Assembly (NCBI GenBank): GCA_021790235.1
Contig: JAJYID010000001.1
Span: forward strand, 1-41,130
Reading direction: 5' to 3'
DNA length: 41,130 bases
Source: a bacterium
GTDB taxonomy: Bacteria > Patescibacteriota > CPR2 > UBA1875 > JAJYID01
Numbering within the stretch: position 1 is the stretch's first letter; the number at the start of each line of letters is the position of its first letter. The notes under the pieces were generated by a model, which was given only the letters and a program-made list of their open reading frames with translations, was not told the DNA's origin and did not search any database. This document shows, in pieces, positions 18,584-28,544 of this stretch. Both the position numbers and the translations under genes were made by a program.

Positions 18584-18721
18584 GTAAGAGTTATTATACT
18601 ACTTTTATGCTTATTTTACCACAGCAAACTTACGAGTAAATCTTGCAAATCTTCATTCATATCTCTAAAGGAATTTCCGAGTAGTTAATCTTTCAATGTG
18701 TCAGGTATAAATTACCCAAAG

Positions 18722-20710
18722 TTAAGGATAAGTATGAAGATATGTATTGGCATCCTTGGCTGTCGCTGCCAGTTTGACCCGAAAATTATGGATACCCGGC
18801 TGAACATTATACGTGAGAGTTATCTGTTTATCAGCATCTTTTAGAATATCGCCAACGTTCAAAGGAAGAGACGTCAGGTTTGAAACCCCTTGGGAATTAT
18901 TGCTAGCGGTCAGAACTACCTCATGCGCGTCGTTATCACTAGAGTTTCTGATCGTAAAATCAACCGATAATTTATGCGCTTGATAATCAGCATAACTTGC
19001 CCAATAAGCCCTGGAAAGGATTAAAGCCAGGTGCAGGTCGAGCGGCTGAATCGGAATGTCTGCCAACGAATTAACTGTCCGGACATCGCTAGGATAGTAG
19101 AAGTCACCATCATCCGGATCAATGTTATCAAAACTGCTCAAGGTCTGTCTTTTCCCACCTTTCATAAGCCAGATATCAGACGATCCTTTTTTCTGAAGTA
19201 AGATATTATCATGTGTATTTAGCCAATTAATATCAGGTACCACCCTGCCAGAAGGGATCATGTCAACTATGCCTTGATCAATATCAATAATATTTTTCGC
19301 CTGTAAATTTCTTGATTGTAAAGTTTGAAGATTTGGTAAATGACGTTTTTTGTTACATTCAACAACATATACATCTAATGTACCTATTGGCCTTAATAAT
19401 TGCTCATTCCATACCATGGGCGTTCCTGTGGAGATCTGGTTAACTTCGGCATCTGTTAAAACTCTAACATCAGAGGAGTAATAGAAATCCCCGTCATTCG
19501 GATCGATCTGATCATATGTGAATAAGTATCTTTTCTGCCCTGCTTTCATAACATATGTCCAATCTTTGGAAACTCCTCTAATTAAGATGCCATCAGCTGT
19601 ATTCGACCATGTTATACTAGGCACACCTCTTCCTGTAGCCATTGTGTCTACAGCTCCTTGTGGAATATCATGTATAACCTCAGGTTTAAAGCCCCTAGAT
19701 TGCAAAGTTTCAAGGTTAGGGACTAAACGTTTTTTATTTCTATCCATGAGATATACAGCTAGAGATGATGATCCACGTGCTAGTTGGCCATTAAGATATA
19801 GAGCAGGACCAAAGGGTATACTGTTAAATTCTGTTTGTGAAATAACTCTTATATCAGAAGGGTAATAGAAATCCCCATCACCCGAATCGATCTGATCAAA
19901 GTTAAAGAGGTATCGTTTGAACCCATGACTCATTAGAAAAATAGCATTATCTGAAGAAGTTTTTATCAACACATAATCTGCCATATCTGACCATGTAATG
20001 CTTGGGACTCCCCTACCAATAGGATATCCATTTAAAATACTATCAGAAACATCCTTTATATTACCCCCAAATTCATTATCCAAGTAATCTAGAGTTTCAG
20101 GGTTAGGTATCAATCTCTTTTTGCCACGTTCTATAAAATAAACTGCTAGGCCAGAACCTCTACATCGGTCATGTTCATTACACTGAGTTACTGTAGGTGC
20201 CACAAAAACCGAATATATAAAGTGAATATCGGAATACATGGTGACATCTCTTGTATCTTTACACCACCTGCCACATGACCAATTCATTTCCGTAACTTTG
20301 AAAGAATTCGGAGAATATACCTGTTCCACAAATGCTACATGACCAGTACCTCCTCCTACATCTGATCCCCAGACAGCAACTGAACCATTTTTCGGCACCG
20401 ACCCTGTCACCATTCCGTGCTTCGCGGCATAACCAAGCCACTGCCAAGCATCACCATCTACTTTTAACTCTTCATTGGAATGGACTTCATGCCATCTGGC
20501 ATATACCCAATCTGTACAGAAGCCACCATACCCAACCCAAGAAAGTCGAGTAGGAATTTCAAGAATGTTTTTATTTAATGGAGCTAGACAAAATGGGATA
20601 ATCAATACCCATAAGACTATCACCAAAAACAGATGCCCTTTTAGAAAACGTAATAACCCTGAGGCTCTTTGCGATACTTTACCACTAAAAAATATTTTTC
20701 CTGCTTTCAT
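18722..20710 (-). CDS. Secreted CHAP-domain peptidoglycan hydrolase with three tandem 128-aa repeats and a C-terminal Ig-like domain
   Basis: Hydrophobic N-terminus; CHAP motifs FCTDWV, GDAWQW, GHVAFVEQV, VTEMNW; GDFYY motif recurs at an exact 384-nt period (19094, 19478, 19862). Confidence 0.85.
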   Translation of the reverse strand: MKAGKIFFSGKVSQRASGLLRFLKGHLFLVIVLWVLIIPFCLAPLNKNILEIPTRLSWVGYGGFCTDWVYARWHEVHSNEELKVDGDAWQWLGYAAKHGMVTGSVPKNGSVAVWGSDVGGGTGHVAFVEQVYSPNSFKVTEMNWSCGRWCKDTRDVTMYSDIHFIYSVFVAPTVTQCNEHDRCRGSGLAVYFIERGKKRLIPNPETLDYLDNEFGGNIKDVSDSILNGYPIGRGVPSITWSDMADYVLIKTSSDNAIFLMSHGFKRYLFNFDQIDSGDGDFYYPSDIRVISQTEFNSIPFGPALYLNGQLARGSSSLAVYLMDRNKKRLVPNLETLQSRGFKPEVIHDIPQGAVDTMATGRGVPSITWSNTADGILIRGVSKDWTYVMKAGQKRYLFTYDQIDPNDGDFYYSSDVRVLTDAEVNQISTGTPMVWNEQLLRPIGTLDVYVVECNKKRHLPNLQTLQSRNLQAKNIIDIDQGIVDMIPSGRVVPDINWLNTHDNILLQKKGSSDIWLMKGGKRQTLSSFDNIDPDDGDFYYPSDVRTVNSLADIPIQPLDLHLALILSRAYWASYADYQAHKLSVDFTIRNSSDNDAHEVVLTASNNSQGVSNLTSLPLNVGDILKDADKQITLTYNVQPGIHNFRVKLAATAKDANTYLHTYP

Positions 20711-20745
20711 ACAGAAAAAATAATATCATAATAAAGCTTATGCTA

Positions 20746-22209
20746 TCAAGGACTTTTTAAGTTTGGCAAAGCTAAAAGAATCCCTAAAAATCCAAAAATC
20801 GTTAGTGACATTTGGGGAAACTGGAGGGTATCTGTGAAAATACTCTGCACCAAAAAGGCAAAAAACGCTGTAGTAATCCCTAACGCTAACATCTTTAAAA
20901 ACTTATCATTCATACGCTCATAAATTATAAGTCCGGAATATAAACCTGCTAAAGCAAAAAAGACAAATGCAATGATGCCAACTATTCCTTGCTCTATTAA
21001 AATCTGTAAAAACTGATTATCGGTGTTTTGTATTGGCACGGCCCCTCCTTGAATACCTTCCATATAAACCATAGATGGGTTGATCTTAAAAGCTACTTCT
21101 CCGCCATACATTCCCGGACCGACTCCAAAAATTATATGATGGGGGAGAATATGGAAAACGTTATGCAGAGTCCAGGCTCTGCCGGAAACAGAGGAAATAG
21201 CATTATACCGGCTATCAAAGATATCAGTAAGACGATAAAAATAACTTTTTGGGATCACAAGAAGAGAGAATATGGAAAGCGGAATAAACCCCAAAATATA
21301 CTTCGGCTTATAGATAAAAAAGAAAAAACCCGCGCCCAGTGCCAATCCTATCCAGCCGCTTCTCGAGAAAGTCAGAACTAAAGCGGCTATAGTAACACCG
21401 AAGAGCGGCAAAAATAAAAGTTTATTTCTGAGACGCTTTAACCCAAAAAATATTCCAAGAGCTATAAAGAAAAAGATATCAAGATAACCGGATAAGATTA
21501 TCGGGTTATCGAGTGTCGAGAAAACTCTGGTTTTTATAAGTTCAAAGCCTTCAATCCACTGAGGCGTCTGGACACCCGACACTAACTGGCCAATTCCTAT
21601 TAGCGCAACGATAAAGACAATGGATAAGTTGAAAATCAGGAAAACCTTTAGTTGCCTTTTTGTCTGAAAGATTGTCCGGCCGATATAGAAAATAGTAAAA
21701 TATGAGAGCCAAATAAAGCTTTCGTAATATACATTTTTTACCTGCCCGTAAGTTACAACGCTGGCAACAGAAGAAACTAAAATACTGAAAATCACAAAAA
21801 TTATCCCAAAATCAGCTAAGGTAAAGCACGCGTTTTTCGTCCCTTTCCTGACAAAAAGCAAAACGGCGATCAAAACTAGGACTACAGGCACAAGGAATGT
21901 ATAAAAATGCGAAGGAAAGGCATTTTTTAGCCAACTTTTGAAGGGTGTAAAGATAAATATGAAAAAGAAAAGAGAGAGCGTCAGCTTGTCTAGAATTTCG
22001 GACTGAACTTGGGGCCTTAACCGATCAAACCCAGATGATATAGCATTAAAAAATCTGCTATTTCTCCAAAGTTCCAGATGATTCAGCCGGCTGGCCTTGA
22101 AATATTCTCTTTGCTTAAAAATGAAGCTATTTTCACAGAAAAAAGAAAGCTTCCGCATAAAAGAAGCAAACTTACTGCTTGCATAGATATTTTGAAAATT
22201 CGCTTTCAT
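20746..22209 (-). CDS. O-antigen ligase/polymerase (Wzy_C, WaaL-like) family protein
   Basis: RVFSTLDNP, LTFSRSGWIG, GVGPGMYG and DNQFLQILIEQGIVG motifs; multiple TM helices. Confidence 0.9.
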   Translation of the reverse strand: MKANFQNIYASSKFASFMRKLSFFCENSFIFKQREYFKASRLNHLELWRNSRFFNAISSGFDRLRPQVQSEILDKLTLSLFFFIFIFTPFKSWLKNAFPSHFYTFLVPVVLVLIAVLLFVRKGTKNACFTLADFGIIFVIFSILVSSVASVVTYGQVKNVYYESFIWLSYFTIFYIGRTIFQTKRQLKVFLIFNLSIVFIVALIGIGQLVSGVQTPQWIEGFELIKTRVFSTLDNPIILSGYLDIFFFIALGIFFGLKRLRNKLLFLPLFGVTIAALVLTFSRSGWIGLALGAGFFFFIYKPKYILGFIPLSIFSLLVIPKSYFYRLTDIFDSRYNAISSVSGRAWTLHNVFHILPHHIIFGVGPGMYGGEVAFKINPSMVYMEGIQGGAVPIQNTDNQFLQILIEQGIVGIIAFVFFALAGLYSGLIIYERMNDKFLKMLALGITTAFFAFLVQSIFTDTLQFPQMSLTIFGFLGILLALPNLKSP

Positions 22210-22649
22210 TAGTTAATTTTCATTACGGTTGTCTCAAGTTCGTAAGTGGACCTAAGCCAAACCTTTTCGCCCAAAGACACTCTCTGATTATCAAAATATG
22301 CCCCGTCATTATAAACATATCCGGTTCCGGATAAAGTCACCCGTACTTCTTTAAAGTCAGTTCTGCCCGATCCTTCCGGCATTGGCAGAACATCAACTTT
22401 TGAAACAGAGGTTTTGACGAGGCCCCGCCCAAAATAGACTTGCTTTACTCCCTGCATGCTGTTAGCTATATCAGGTTGAATGTCATCAACATAAACTGTA
22501 ACCGTCATGGGTTTGGAAGATTTGGCGAGGGAACCAGTTTGCAGAAATTTAAAGCCGATGAGCCCAGCGATAATGACAAGAAAAATAAGAACTAAAAAAT
22601 CTAAAACATTAACTTTGCCGAAAAGCCGGCCTTCTTTATCTACTATCAT
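22209..22649 (-). CDS. DUF4330-like membrane-anchored protein
   Basis: N-terminal IVDKEGRLFGKVNVLD followed by a TM helix. Confidence 0.75.
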   Translation of the reverse strand: MIVDKEGRLFGKVNVLDFLVLIFLVIIAGLIGFKFLQTGSLAKSSKPMTVTVYVDDIQPDIANSMQGVKQVYFGRGLVKTSVSKVDVLPMPEGSGRTDFKEVRVTLSGTGYVYNDGAYFDNQRVSLGEKVWLRSTYELETTVMKIN

Positions 22650-24592
22650 GAACTAATCCTTTCCTTCATCACATTATAAAAGAATTTTGGCAAAACGAGA
22701 AATCTGCCCAGCCTTTTAGGGTTTTGGATCAAGCGCCAGATCCCTTCCAAATACATTTTTTGAATAACTTTCGGGGCTCTTTTTTCAACGCCCGACCAAT
22801 ACCGGAACGTACCACCGACTCCGATGCAGACCGCACCGAGTTCGCTTCTGTGCCGCACAATCCACCTTTCCTGCTTCGGGCATCCCAACCCCACAAAGAT
22901 AAAGCTAGGCTTTAGCTTTTTAATTTCCTTAATAATTTCGCTGTTTTTTTCAAATTTACCATCTAGACTACACCTGCCCCCATCTTTGTAACCCACAATT
23001 TTCACCTTCGGATATTTGACACGGATATTTTTAACCGCCTGATCGAGAATTTTCTTGGTAGCTCCCAAGAAATAAAAACTCAAATCCTCTTTAGAACCCT
23101 CCTGAATTAATATTTCGGCCAAGTCTGCTCCCCCAACCCTTTCAGGAAAATGCCTACCCAAAATCTTTCCGGCCAGAACCACTCCCGAGCCGTCGGCTGT
23201 CACCATATCAGCTTGAGCAAAAGTATCGTTTAGAGCTTTATCTTTCGCTCCTTTTGAAACTATCTCCGCATTTGCCGTCACTATGAAAAATCCTTCTCTT
23301 TCTCTGGCAGCATTCATAGCTTTCTCAACCGATTCACTGAAAGAATGCGGGTCAACTCCGACTCCCAGTATAGAATATCTTTTCTTTTTTTGCGTCTCCA
23401 GCCGCTTAATGATTTCCTCGGTTCTTACTTCCCAGGTATTTTCCTTTGCCTCCTTTAAAACCAAGGCCTGAAACTTCGGGTCGTCTTTCAACTTTATGGC
23501 TTTATCCAAATTCTCAACAAATTCTTCCTTTGACTTTGATGCCAGAACACTCCCATATTTTTTGCATTCCCGCATATCGGTGGTGACAATGGGTTTGCCT
23601 GCCGCCATGTACTCGAAAAGTTTTAAAGGTGAAATGGACTGAGTAACCTTATTTAGGACAAAGGGCACCATGCAAACATCGAAGAAATGAATTCTTTTGG
23701 CCAAATCTTCATATTTAGGAACTGTTCCGATAAAGTGGATATTTGGATAGTCGCTCCATCTATGCACGCCGTTTGAGGTATCGAAGTCAAGCGGTCCGCT
23801 AATTACGAAGTTATAGTCCGGTCGAGCTTTGGCCGCATACTTTAAAAGGTCATAGTCGAAACAGCTTTCTATTAAAGAGCCAAAGTAGCCGATTATCGGT
23901 TTCTTGCCGATTAGCTTTTTCATTTCGCTGTCCGGCTTGATGCGCTTGCCGACCAAATGCCAAACCTCAAACAAAACGGCATTGTGAGACAAGAATGCGT
24001 CAGGTCTTTTATCTTTAATCCCATCTAAGAGCCGGCTGGCTGTCACGGGAATGATGTCTGCCTTTTTCAGAAGCTCGTTGTGACACTTGTAGATTTTGTT
24101 GCCCAGAAGAGGAAACATTTCAAGATCATCTACGAAGTCATAAATGATCGACTTTACCCTGTATTTTCGGGTATAGAAACTATTAGCCGCCCAGGTGAGA
24201 TACAAAATCGGACCTTTAATGTCTTTTAAAACCTCGAGCTGGTTAGTTAAATAGAGATTTTTCTCAATTTTTTCAAATCCCTCAACTTTGTCATAGCGCA
24301 GATTATGAGTGCCATAGAAAAAAAGATAACCTGCCCTTGAGAATGTTCTGGCCAGATGATTAAACCGCTGAGTAAGCGGCATGTTCCAGTCGGAGATGGA
24401 AGGGTAAATAATAATCCCTTTGGCATCTTTGTGCTTATTTAAAATCTTTTGAAGTTCGACCTGGTATTTTTTCTTTTCAAAGTAGTTTTCTCGCCCTGTC
24501 AGATATGGATGTTTGCAAAGAAAAATTTTAAGAGAGTTTCGGACCTTAATTCCAAACATTTTTTTGCTTAACTTGATCGCCAATTCTTTCAT
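22646..24592 (-). CDS. Fusion of a GT4 (TuaH-like) glycosyltransferase and a WecB/TagA/CpsF (GT26) glycosyltransferase
   Basis: N-part QRFNHLAR, YDFVDD, SPLKLFEYMAAGKPIV; C-part IVTANAE, ADGSGV, ERVGGADL, GLGCPKQE, KRAP. ATG 24592 overlaps the upstream stop (ATGA). Confidence 0.9.
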   Translation of the reverse strand: MKELAIKLSKKMFGIKVRNSLKIFLCKHPYLTGRENYFEKKKYQVELQKILNKHKDAKGIIIYPSISDWNMPLTQRFNHLARTFSRAGYLFFYGTHNLRYDKVEGFEKIEKNLYLTNQLEVLKDIKGPILYLTWAANSFYTRKYRVKSIIYDFVDDLEMFPLLGNKIYKCHNELLKKADIIPVTASRLLDGIKDKRPDAFLSHNAVLFEVWHLVGKRIKPDSEMKKLIGKKPIIGYFGSLIESCFDYDLLKYAAKARPDYNFVISGPLDFDTSNGVHRWSDYPNIHFIGTVPKYEDLAKRIHFFDVCMVPFVLNKVTQSISPLKLFEYMAAGKPIVTTDMRECKKYGSVLASKSKEEFVENLDKAIKLKDDPKFQALVLKEAKENTWEVRTEEIIKRLETQKKKRYSILGVGVDPHSFSESVEKAMNAAREREGFFIVTANAEIVSKGAKDKALNDTFAQADMVTADGSGVVLAGKILGRHFPERVGGADLAEILIQEGSKEDLSFYFLGATKKILDQAVKNIRVKYPKVKIVGYKDGGRCSLDGKFEKNSEIIKEIKKLKPSFIFVGLGCPKQERWIVRHRSELGAVCIGVGGTFRYWSGVEKRAPKVIQKMYLEGIWRLIQNPKRLGRFLVLPKFFYNVMKERISS

Positions 24593-25485
24593 TTGGTTTC
24601 TTCCCACTTTATGCCCCACTTTTCCTCAAACTTTTTCTTGTTCTCCTCAAATAACTCATTATACTTGCCTTTACCTAAACTAAAAAGGGAAATTTGTCCA
24701 AAATGATGCACAAAAACATCCTTAGCCACAACGATCTTATAACCTGATTTTACTACCCTTAAGCAATAATCATCATCTTCAAACATTCCAATACCAAATC
24801 TCTCATCAAGTTCACCGATTTTTCTAATTAATTCTGTTCGAGCTGCCACACAAAAGAAGGCAATATCGTCAGCTTCCCTGACTTTGCCTTTGTTTCGATT
24901 TGTAACGACACTCGATTTTTTTAGCATAGCACCTAGCGATCTATAGAAAATATCGATTTCCTGGTGGTTCCACATAAAGTTTGTTAGAGGTCCGACTAAT
25001 CCAACTTTTTTGTCTTTAAGTGGCAGAATAAGTTTTTCTACCCAGCCCGGCGTCACAATAGTATCGTTATTTAGAAAAATGATGTACTCTCCGGTTGCCT
25101 TTTTAATTCCCTGGTTACAACCGCCCGAAAACCCTTTGTTGGTTTTATTTAAAGTCAGCTTGACGTTTTTGTGTTCTTCTGCAAAGTTTCCCAAGAATTC
25201 TGGCGTTCCGTCGGAAGAATTATTATCTACTATGACTAGCTCAAGATCGCAGGTATCAGAATATGCCAGAATGCTGTAAAGACAGGCTTTGGTGTACTTA
25301 AGGTTGTTGAAGGTAAGTAAAATAATACTGACCTTCGGTTTTCCGAGTCCTTCTTTCTTCCGATTTTCAGTGCTTTTTTTGAGATTAGAAATCGCATCAT
25401 CAATATCTAACGGCATGTAGCGTTTTCGCACTATTTTTATGGTCTTTTTGGGTTTTAGAGCTGCCCTGACTATTTTTTTGATCAT
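24589..25485 (-). CDS. Glycosyltransferase family 2
   Basis: VSIILLTFN, VDNNSSDGT, FLNNDT, FEDDDYC and VHHFG motifs. Confidence 0.93.
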   Translation of the reverse strand: MIKKIVRAALKPKKTIKIVRKRYMPLDIDDAISNLKKSTENRKKEGLGKPKVSIILLTFNNLKYTKACLYSILAYSDTCDLELVIVDNNSSDGTPEFLGNFAEEHKNVKLTLNKTNKGFSGGCNQGIKKATGEYIIFLNNDTIVTPGWVEKLILPLKDKKVGLVGPLTNFMWNHQEIDIFYRSLGAMLKKSSVVTNRNKGKVREADDIAFFCVAARTELIRKIGELDERFGIGMFEDDDYCLRVVKSGYKIVVAKDVFVHHFGQISLFSLGKGKYNELFEENKKKFEEKWGIKWEETK

Positions 25486-26417
25486 TTTGCCACCCGTTTC
25501 TTTAGCTCTTGAAAATCAAGCCTTAGAAGTAAGCTTATACCTGTCACTGCCTTATGAAAAAATCTGTAACAAAAACCAGGAATTTGTAATATGAGCGGTT
25601 TTTGATCGTAGAAAATATTGTAATATTTATTAACTAGTTCCCGGTCCTTTCGATAAAGCCAACTTCTCCCATCCTCCTTGTAATATTTTTGCTCGTCAGG
25701 CTCCTCATTTGACCATTTTTTTAGAAATAGTTTGTTATTTTTAATGTCATAATCGTGGCGTCCAGGAGAAACGCTTTCATGGTGGATAATTACACTTTCC
25801 GGGCAGTAAATAATTTTGTATCCTTTGTTAAATATCTTCAAACAAAGATCAACATCTTCCATGCTGTTAAAATAGGTTTCGTCAAAGCCGCCCACCTCTT
25901 GGAAAATATCCCTTTTTACCGCCAAACAAGCGGCCGTTACAGCCTTAAATTCCCTTTGTTTGTTAACATAAGGCCTGTCCGGTGACTCGCGATAGTAAAT
26001 CGGGCGAGGGATGCGGTCATTTGCGATCACTATCCCAGCATGTTGAATAAGACCGTCCGGAAATAAGAGTTTAGAGCCGACTACCGCAACATCTTTCTTC
26101 TCTAGTACTTTAAGCAGGGACTCTAGCCATCCTTTTTGCACTTCGGTATCGTTATTTAAGAAAAGCAGAATGTCTCCCTTGGCTAACTTAGCGCCCTGGT
26201 TACAACCCTTGGCGAAACCGGTGTTAATCTTGTTTTCAACAAAGTTAATCCAGTCAATTTTTCTAAGATATTCCTGCGTCCCATCGGAAGATTTGTTATC
26301 TATAATAATGATGTCTTTTAAGAATTCTTTCGGCGTATTTTTCCTAAGCGCCTCTAAACATTTCTTAGTATAATCAAGCTTGTTGTATGTGAGAATAATA
26401 ATGCTAATATTAGACAT
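25482..26417 (-). CDS. Glycosyltransferase family 2
   Basis: IDNKSSDGT, FLNNDTEV, IQHAG, EDVDLCL and HHES motifs; ATG 26417 chosen (track start 26429). Confidence 0.93.
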   Translation of the reverse strand: MSNISIIILTYNKLDYTKKCLEALRKNTPKEFLKDIIIIDNKSSDGTQEYLRKIDWINFVENKINTGFAKGCNQGAKLAKGDILLFLNNDTEVQKGWLESLLKVLEKKDVAVVGSKLLFPDGLIQHAGIVIANDRIPRPIYYRESPDRPYVNKQREFKAVTAACLAVKRDIFQEVGGFDETYFNSMEDVDLCLKIFNKGYKIIYCPESVIIHHESVSPGRHDYDIKNNKLFLKKWSNEEPDEQKYYKEDGRSWLYRKDRELVNKYYNIFYDQKPLILQIPGFCYRFFHKAVTGISLLLRLDFQELKKRVAK

Positions 26418-26433
26418 ATTTTTTCTCAAAAAT

Positions 26434-27336
26434 TTATCTTTTAATCTTCTTAAAAAATAAAATGACTTTTATCCATTTTAAATATATCTTTCTAAACTTT
26501 AGAATATTATTTGGAACCGTTCCGTACTTGTCTGGCACATACGCCATATATTTAATATTGAAAAAAAATATTTGAAGCCTATTAAAACCATCTTCTTTGA
26601 AATAGATATTAGCATCACTTAAAGTTTCCCACCATCTAGATATAAATAAATCAAGATTCCTTATTGTATATCTATGTCTATCTAAACTAATGCTTTCATG
26701 ATGTGTGACAACACTTTTTGGTTCATAAATAATTTTATAGCCAGCCTTGCCAATTTTAAGACATAGATCCATATCCTCATAGCCATTTTTATAATATTCA
26801 TCAAAACCACCAACTAAATCAAATACTTTTTTTGGTATTGCTATACATGCGGCACTAACAGCCTGGAATGTTCTCTTCTTATTAACATATTTTTTATTAG
26901 CCGGACTAAGGCGATATATATGTTCAGGTACCTTACTATCAAATATAGCTACACCTGCATGTTGTATAGTACCATTAGGGAAAAGGAGTTTAGCTCCAAC
27001 AGCTCCAATCATTTTTTCTTTTTTTAGTACATTGATTATAGGTATCAACCAATTATCATGAACTTCTGTATCATTGTTTAAAAACAATAAAACTTCATTT
27101 TTCGCAATATGGGCCCCTTGATTACAGGCACCAGAAAAATTATTATTTTGCTTATTTAAAATATAAGTAATATCCTTCTGGTCTTTTAAAAAACTTTGAG
27201 TACCATCAGTAGAAGCATTATCAACAACTATCATTTCATATAGATCTTTTTTAGTTTTTTCCCTAATTGCTTTTAAACATTTTTTTGTATAGCTAAGATT
27301 ATTATATGTGGGTATAATAATGGATACTTTTTTCAC
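26434..27336 (-). CDS. Glycosyltransferase family 2
   Basis: VSIIIPTYN, VDNASTDGT, FLNNDTEV, IQHAG, EDMDLCL and HHES motifs. Confidence 0.93.
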   Translation of the reverse strand: MKKVSIIIPTYNNLSYTKKCLKAIREKTKKDLYEMIVVDNASTDGTQSFLKDQKDITYILNKQNNNFSGACNQGAHIAKNEVLLFLNNDTEVHDNWLIPIINVLKKEKMIGAVGAKLLFPNGTIQHAGVAIFDSKVPEHIYRLSPANKKYVNKKRTFQAVSAACIAIPKKVFDLVGGFDEYYKNGYEDMDLCLKIGKAGYKIIYEPKSVVTHHESISLDRHRYTIRNLDLFISRWWETLSDANIYFKEDGFNRLQIFFFNIKYMAYVPDKYGTVPNNILKFRKIYLKWIKVILFFKKIKR

Positions 27337-28544
27337 TTCAAACCATCCTTTATAGCCTGTTCTATAATTCTGGCTGATTTTTCCCAGCTTAAGTTCTTAA
27401 CCTGTTTTAGAGCATTATCTGACAATATTTTTCTCTTATCTTCGTTTTCAATTAAATCATTTATTACTTTAGCCATATCCTTAGGATTCAAGCTAGAAAG
27501 TGTTATATAATCATTATCCTGACCAAAAACAGCCCTAGTATTATCTCCATCAGCCTCGACAACGGGTAATCCGCATGCCATCATTTCTTGTGGTAAAAGA
27601 GAGTAGTTTGTTAAAGAAAGACTTATCCCAATCATGCTTTCTCTATAAAGATCAGCAAGTTCTTCATGGGTAAAGACTCCTCCATTCGTATACTCAAAAG
27701 TAACTTCTGGACTTTCTTTTTGACCAATAAATATTATTTCTATCTCAGGATGCTTCTTTTTTACCTGTTCGAGTGCTAACATAGCTATTTCAAAGCCCCT
27801 CCTAGGTGTAATTTGTCTACAATAATAGAGTATTTGCGGCTTTCTCTTGGCTTTCACTTTGGTATTATATATTTCTGGATCATACGCTAGATCATAATAA
27901 GTAGAGTTATTACCATACTCCTGCATTTTTTTTGTAAGCCATTTGCCTGCAGTTATACAGTTAAGTCCCATTTTATAAGTATTTTCAGCAAAAATATATT
28001 GACTACCCATTGGGAAAAATAATGGCTCAAAATCTTGAACAAAATAATATTTTGCCTTAGAATTTTCGTTTTCATGTACTATGTATGCGGTCTCCCAAGA
28101 GGTAGCTATTACTGCATCAGAATCTACCATATCTTCACAATTATCAAAAATGTCAGCTTGGAGTTCAAAGAAATTTTCATTAATAACAATTTTTGCATCT
28201 TTTGCAGTGCCAAAACTCGTACCACCATAAATGTATATATTACACTTGTGGCCAAATGACTCTAAATATTGAATTGCTCTAAAAATATTAAAGTGACCAC
28301 CAGATCCAATATAAAAGTCCGGTATAACCCAGTTGATTGTAAGATGATCCTTGAACACCTTTTCTTTTTTAACCTCTTTGGAAATTTTCTTCTCAGAAAG
28401 ACTGACATCACCAATAAAATTATATGGAAGTACAACTTCTCTAGGTCTTTTATCTCTTTTAGACCAGGCGACTGTTTTTTTTACAGCAATTAATAATCCT
28501 TGTTTTTTTACAATTTGAAAAAACTTTTTCATATATCTAAACAT
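27333..28544 (-). CDS. GT4 glycosyltransferase, WsaF-like (probable rhamnosyltransferase)
   Basis: INWVIP..GSGGH.NIFR, ATSWETAY, YFVQDFEPLF, TPRRGFE and TNYSLLPQEMMACGLPVV motifs. Confidence 0.85.
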   Translation of the reverse strand: MFRYMKKFFQIVKKQGLLIAVKKTVAWSKRDKRPREVVLPYNFIGDVSLSEKKISKEVKKEKVFKDHLTINWVIPDFYIGSGGHFNIFRAIQYLESFGHKCNIYIYGGTSFGTAKDAKIVINENFFELQADIFDNCEDMVDSDAVIATSWETAYIVHENENSKAKYYFVQDFEPLFFPMGSQYIFAENTYKMGLNCITAGKWLTKKMQEYGNNSTYYDLAYDPEIYNTKVKAKRKPQILYYCRQITPRRGFEIAMLALEQVKKKHPEIEIIFIGQKESPEVTFEYTNGGVFTHEELADLYRESMIGISLSLTNYSLLPQEMMACGLPVVEADGDNTRAVFGQDNDYITLSSLNPKDMAKVINDLIENEDKRKILSDNALKQVKNLSWEKSARIIEQAIKDGLK

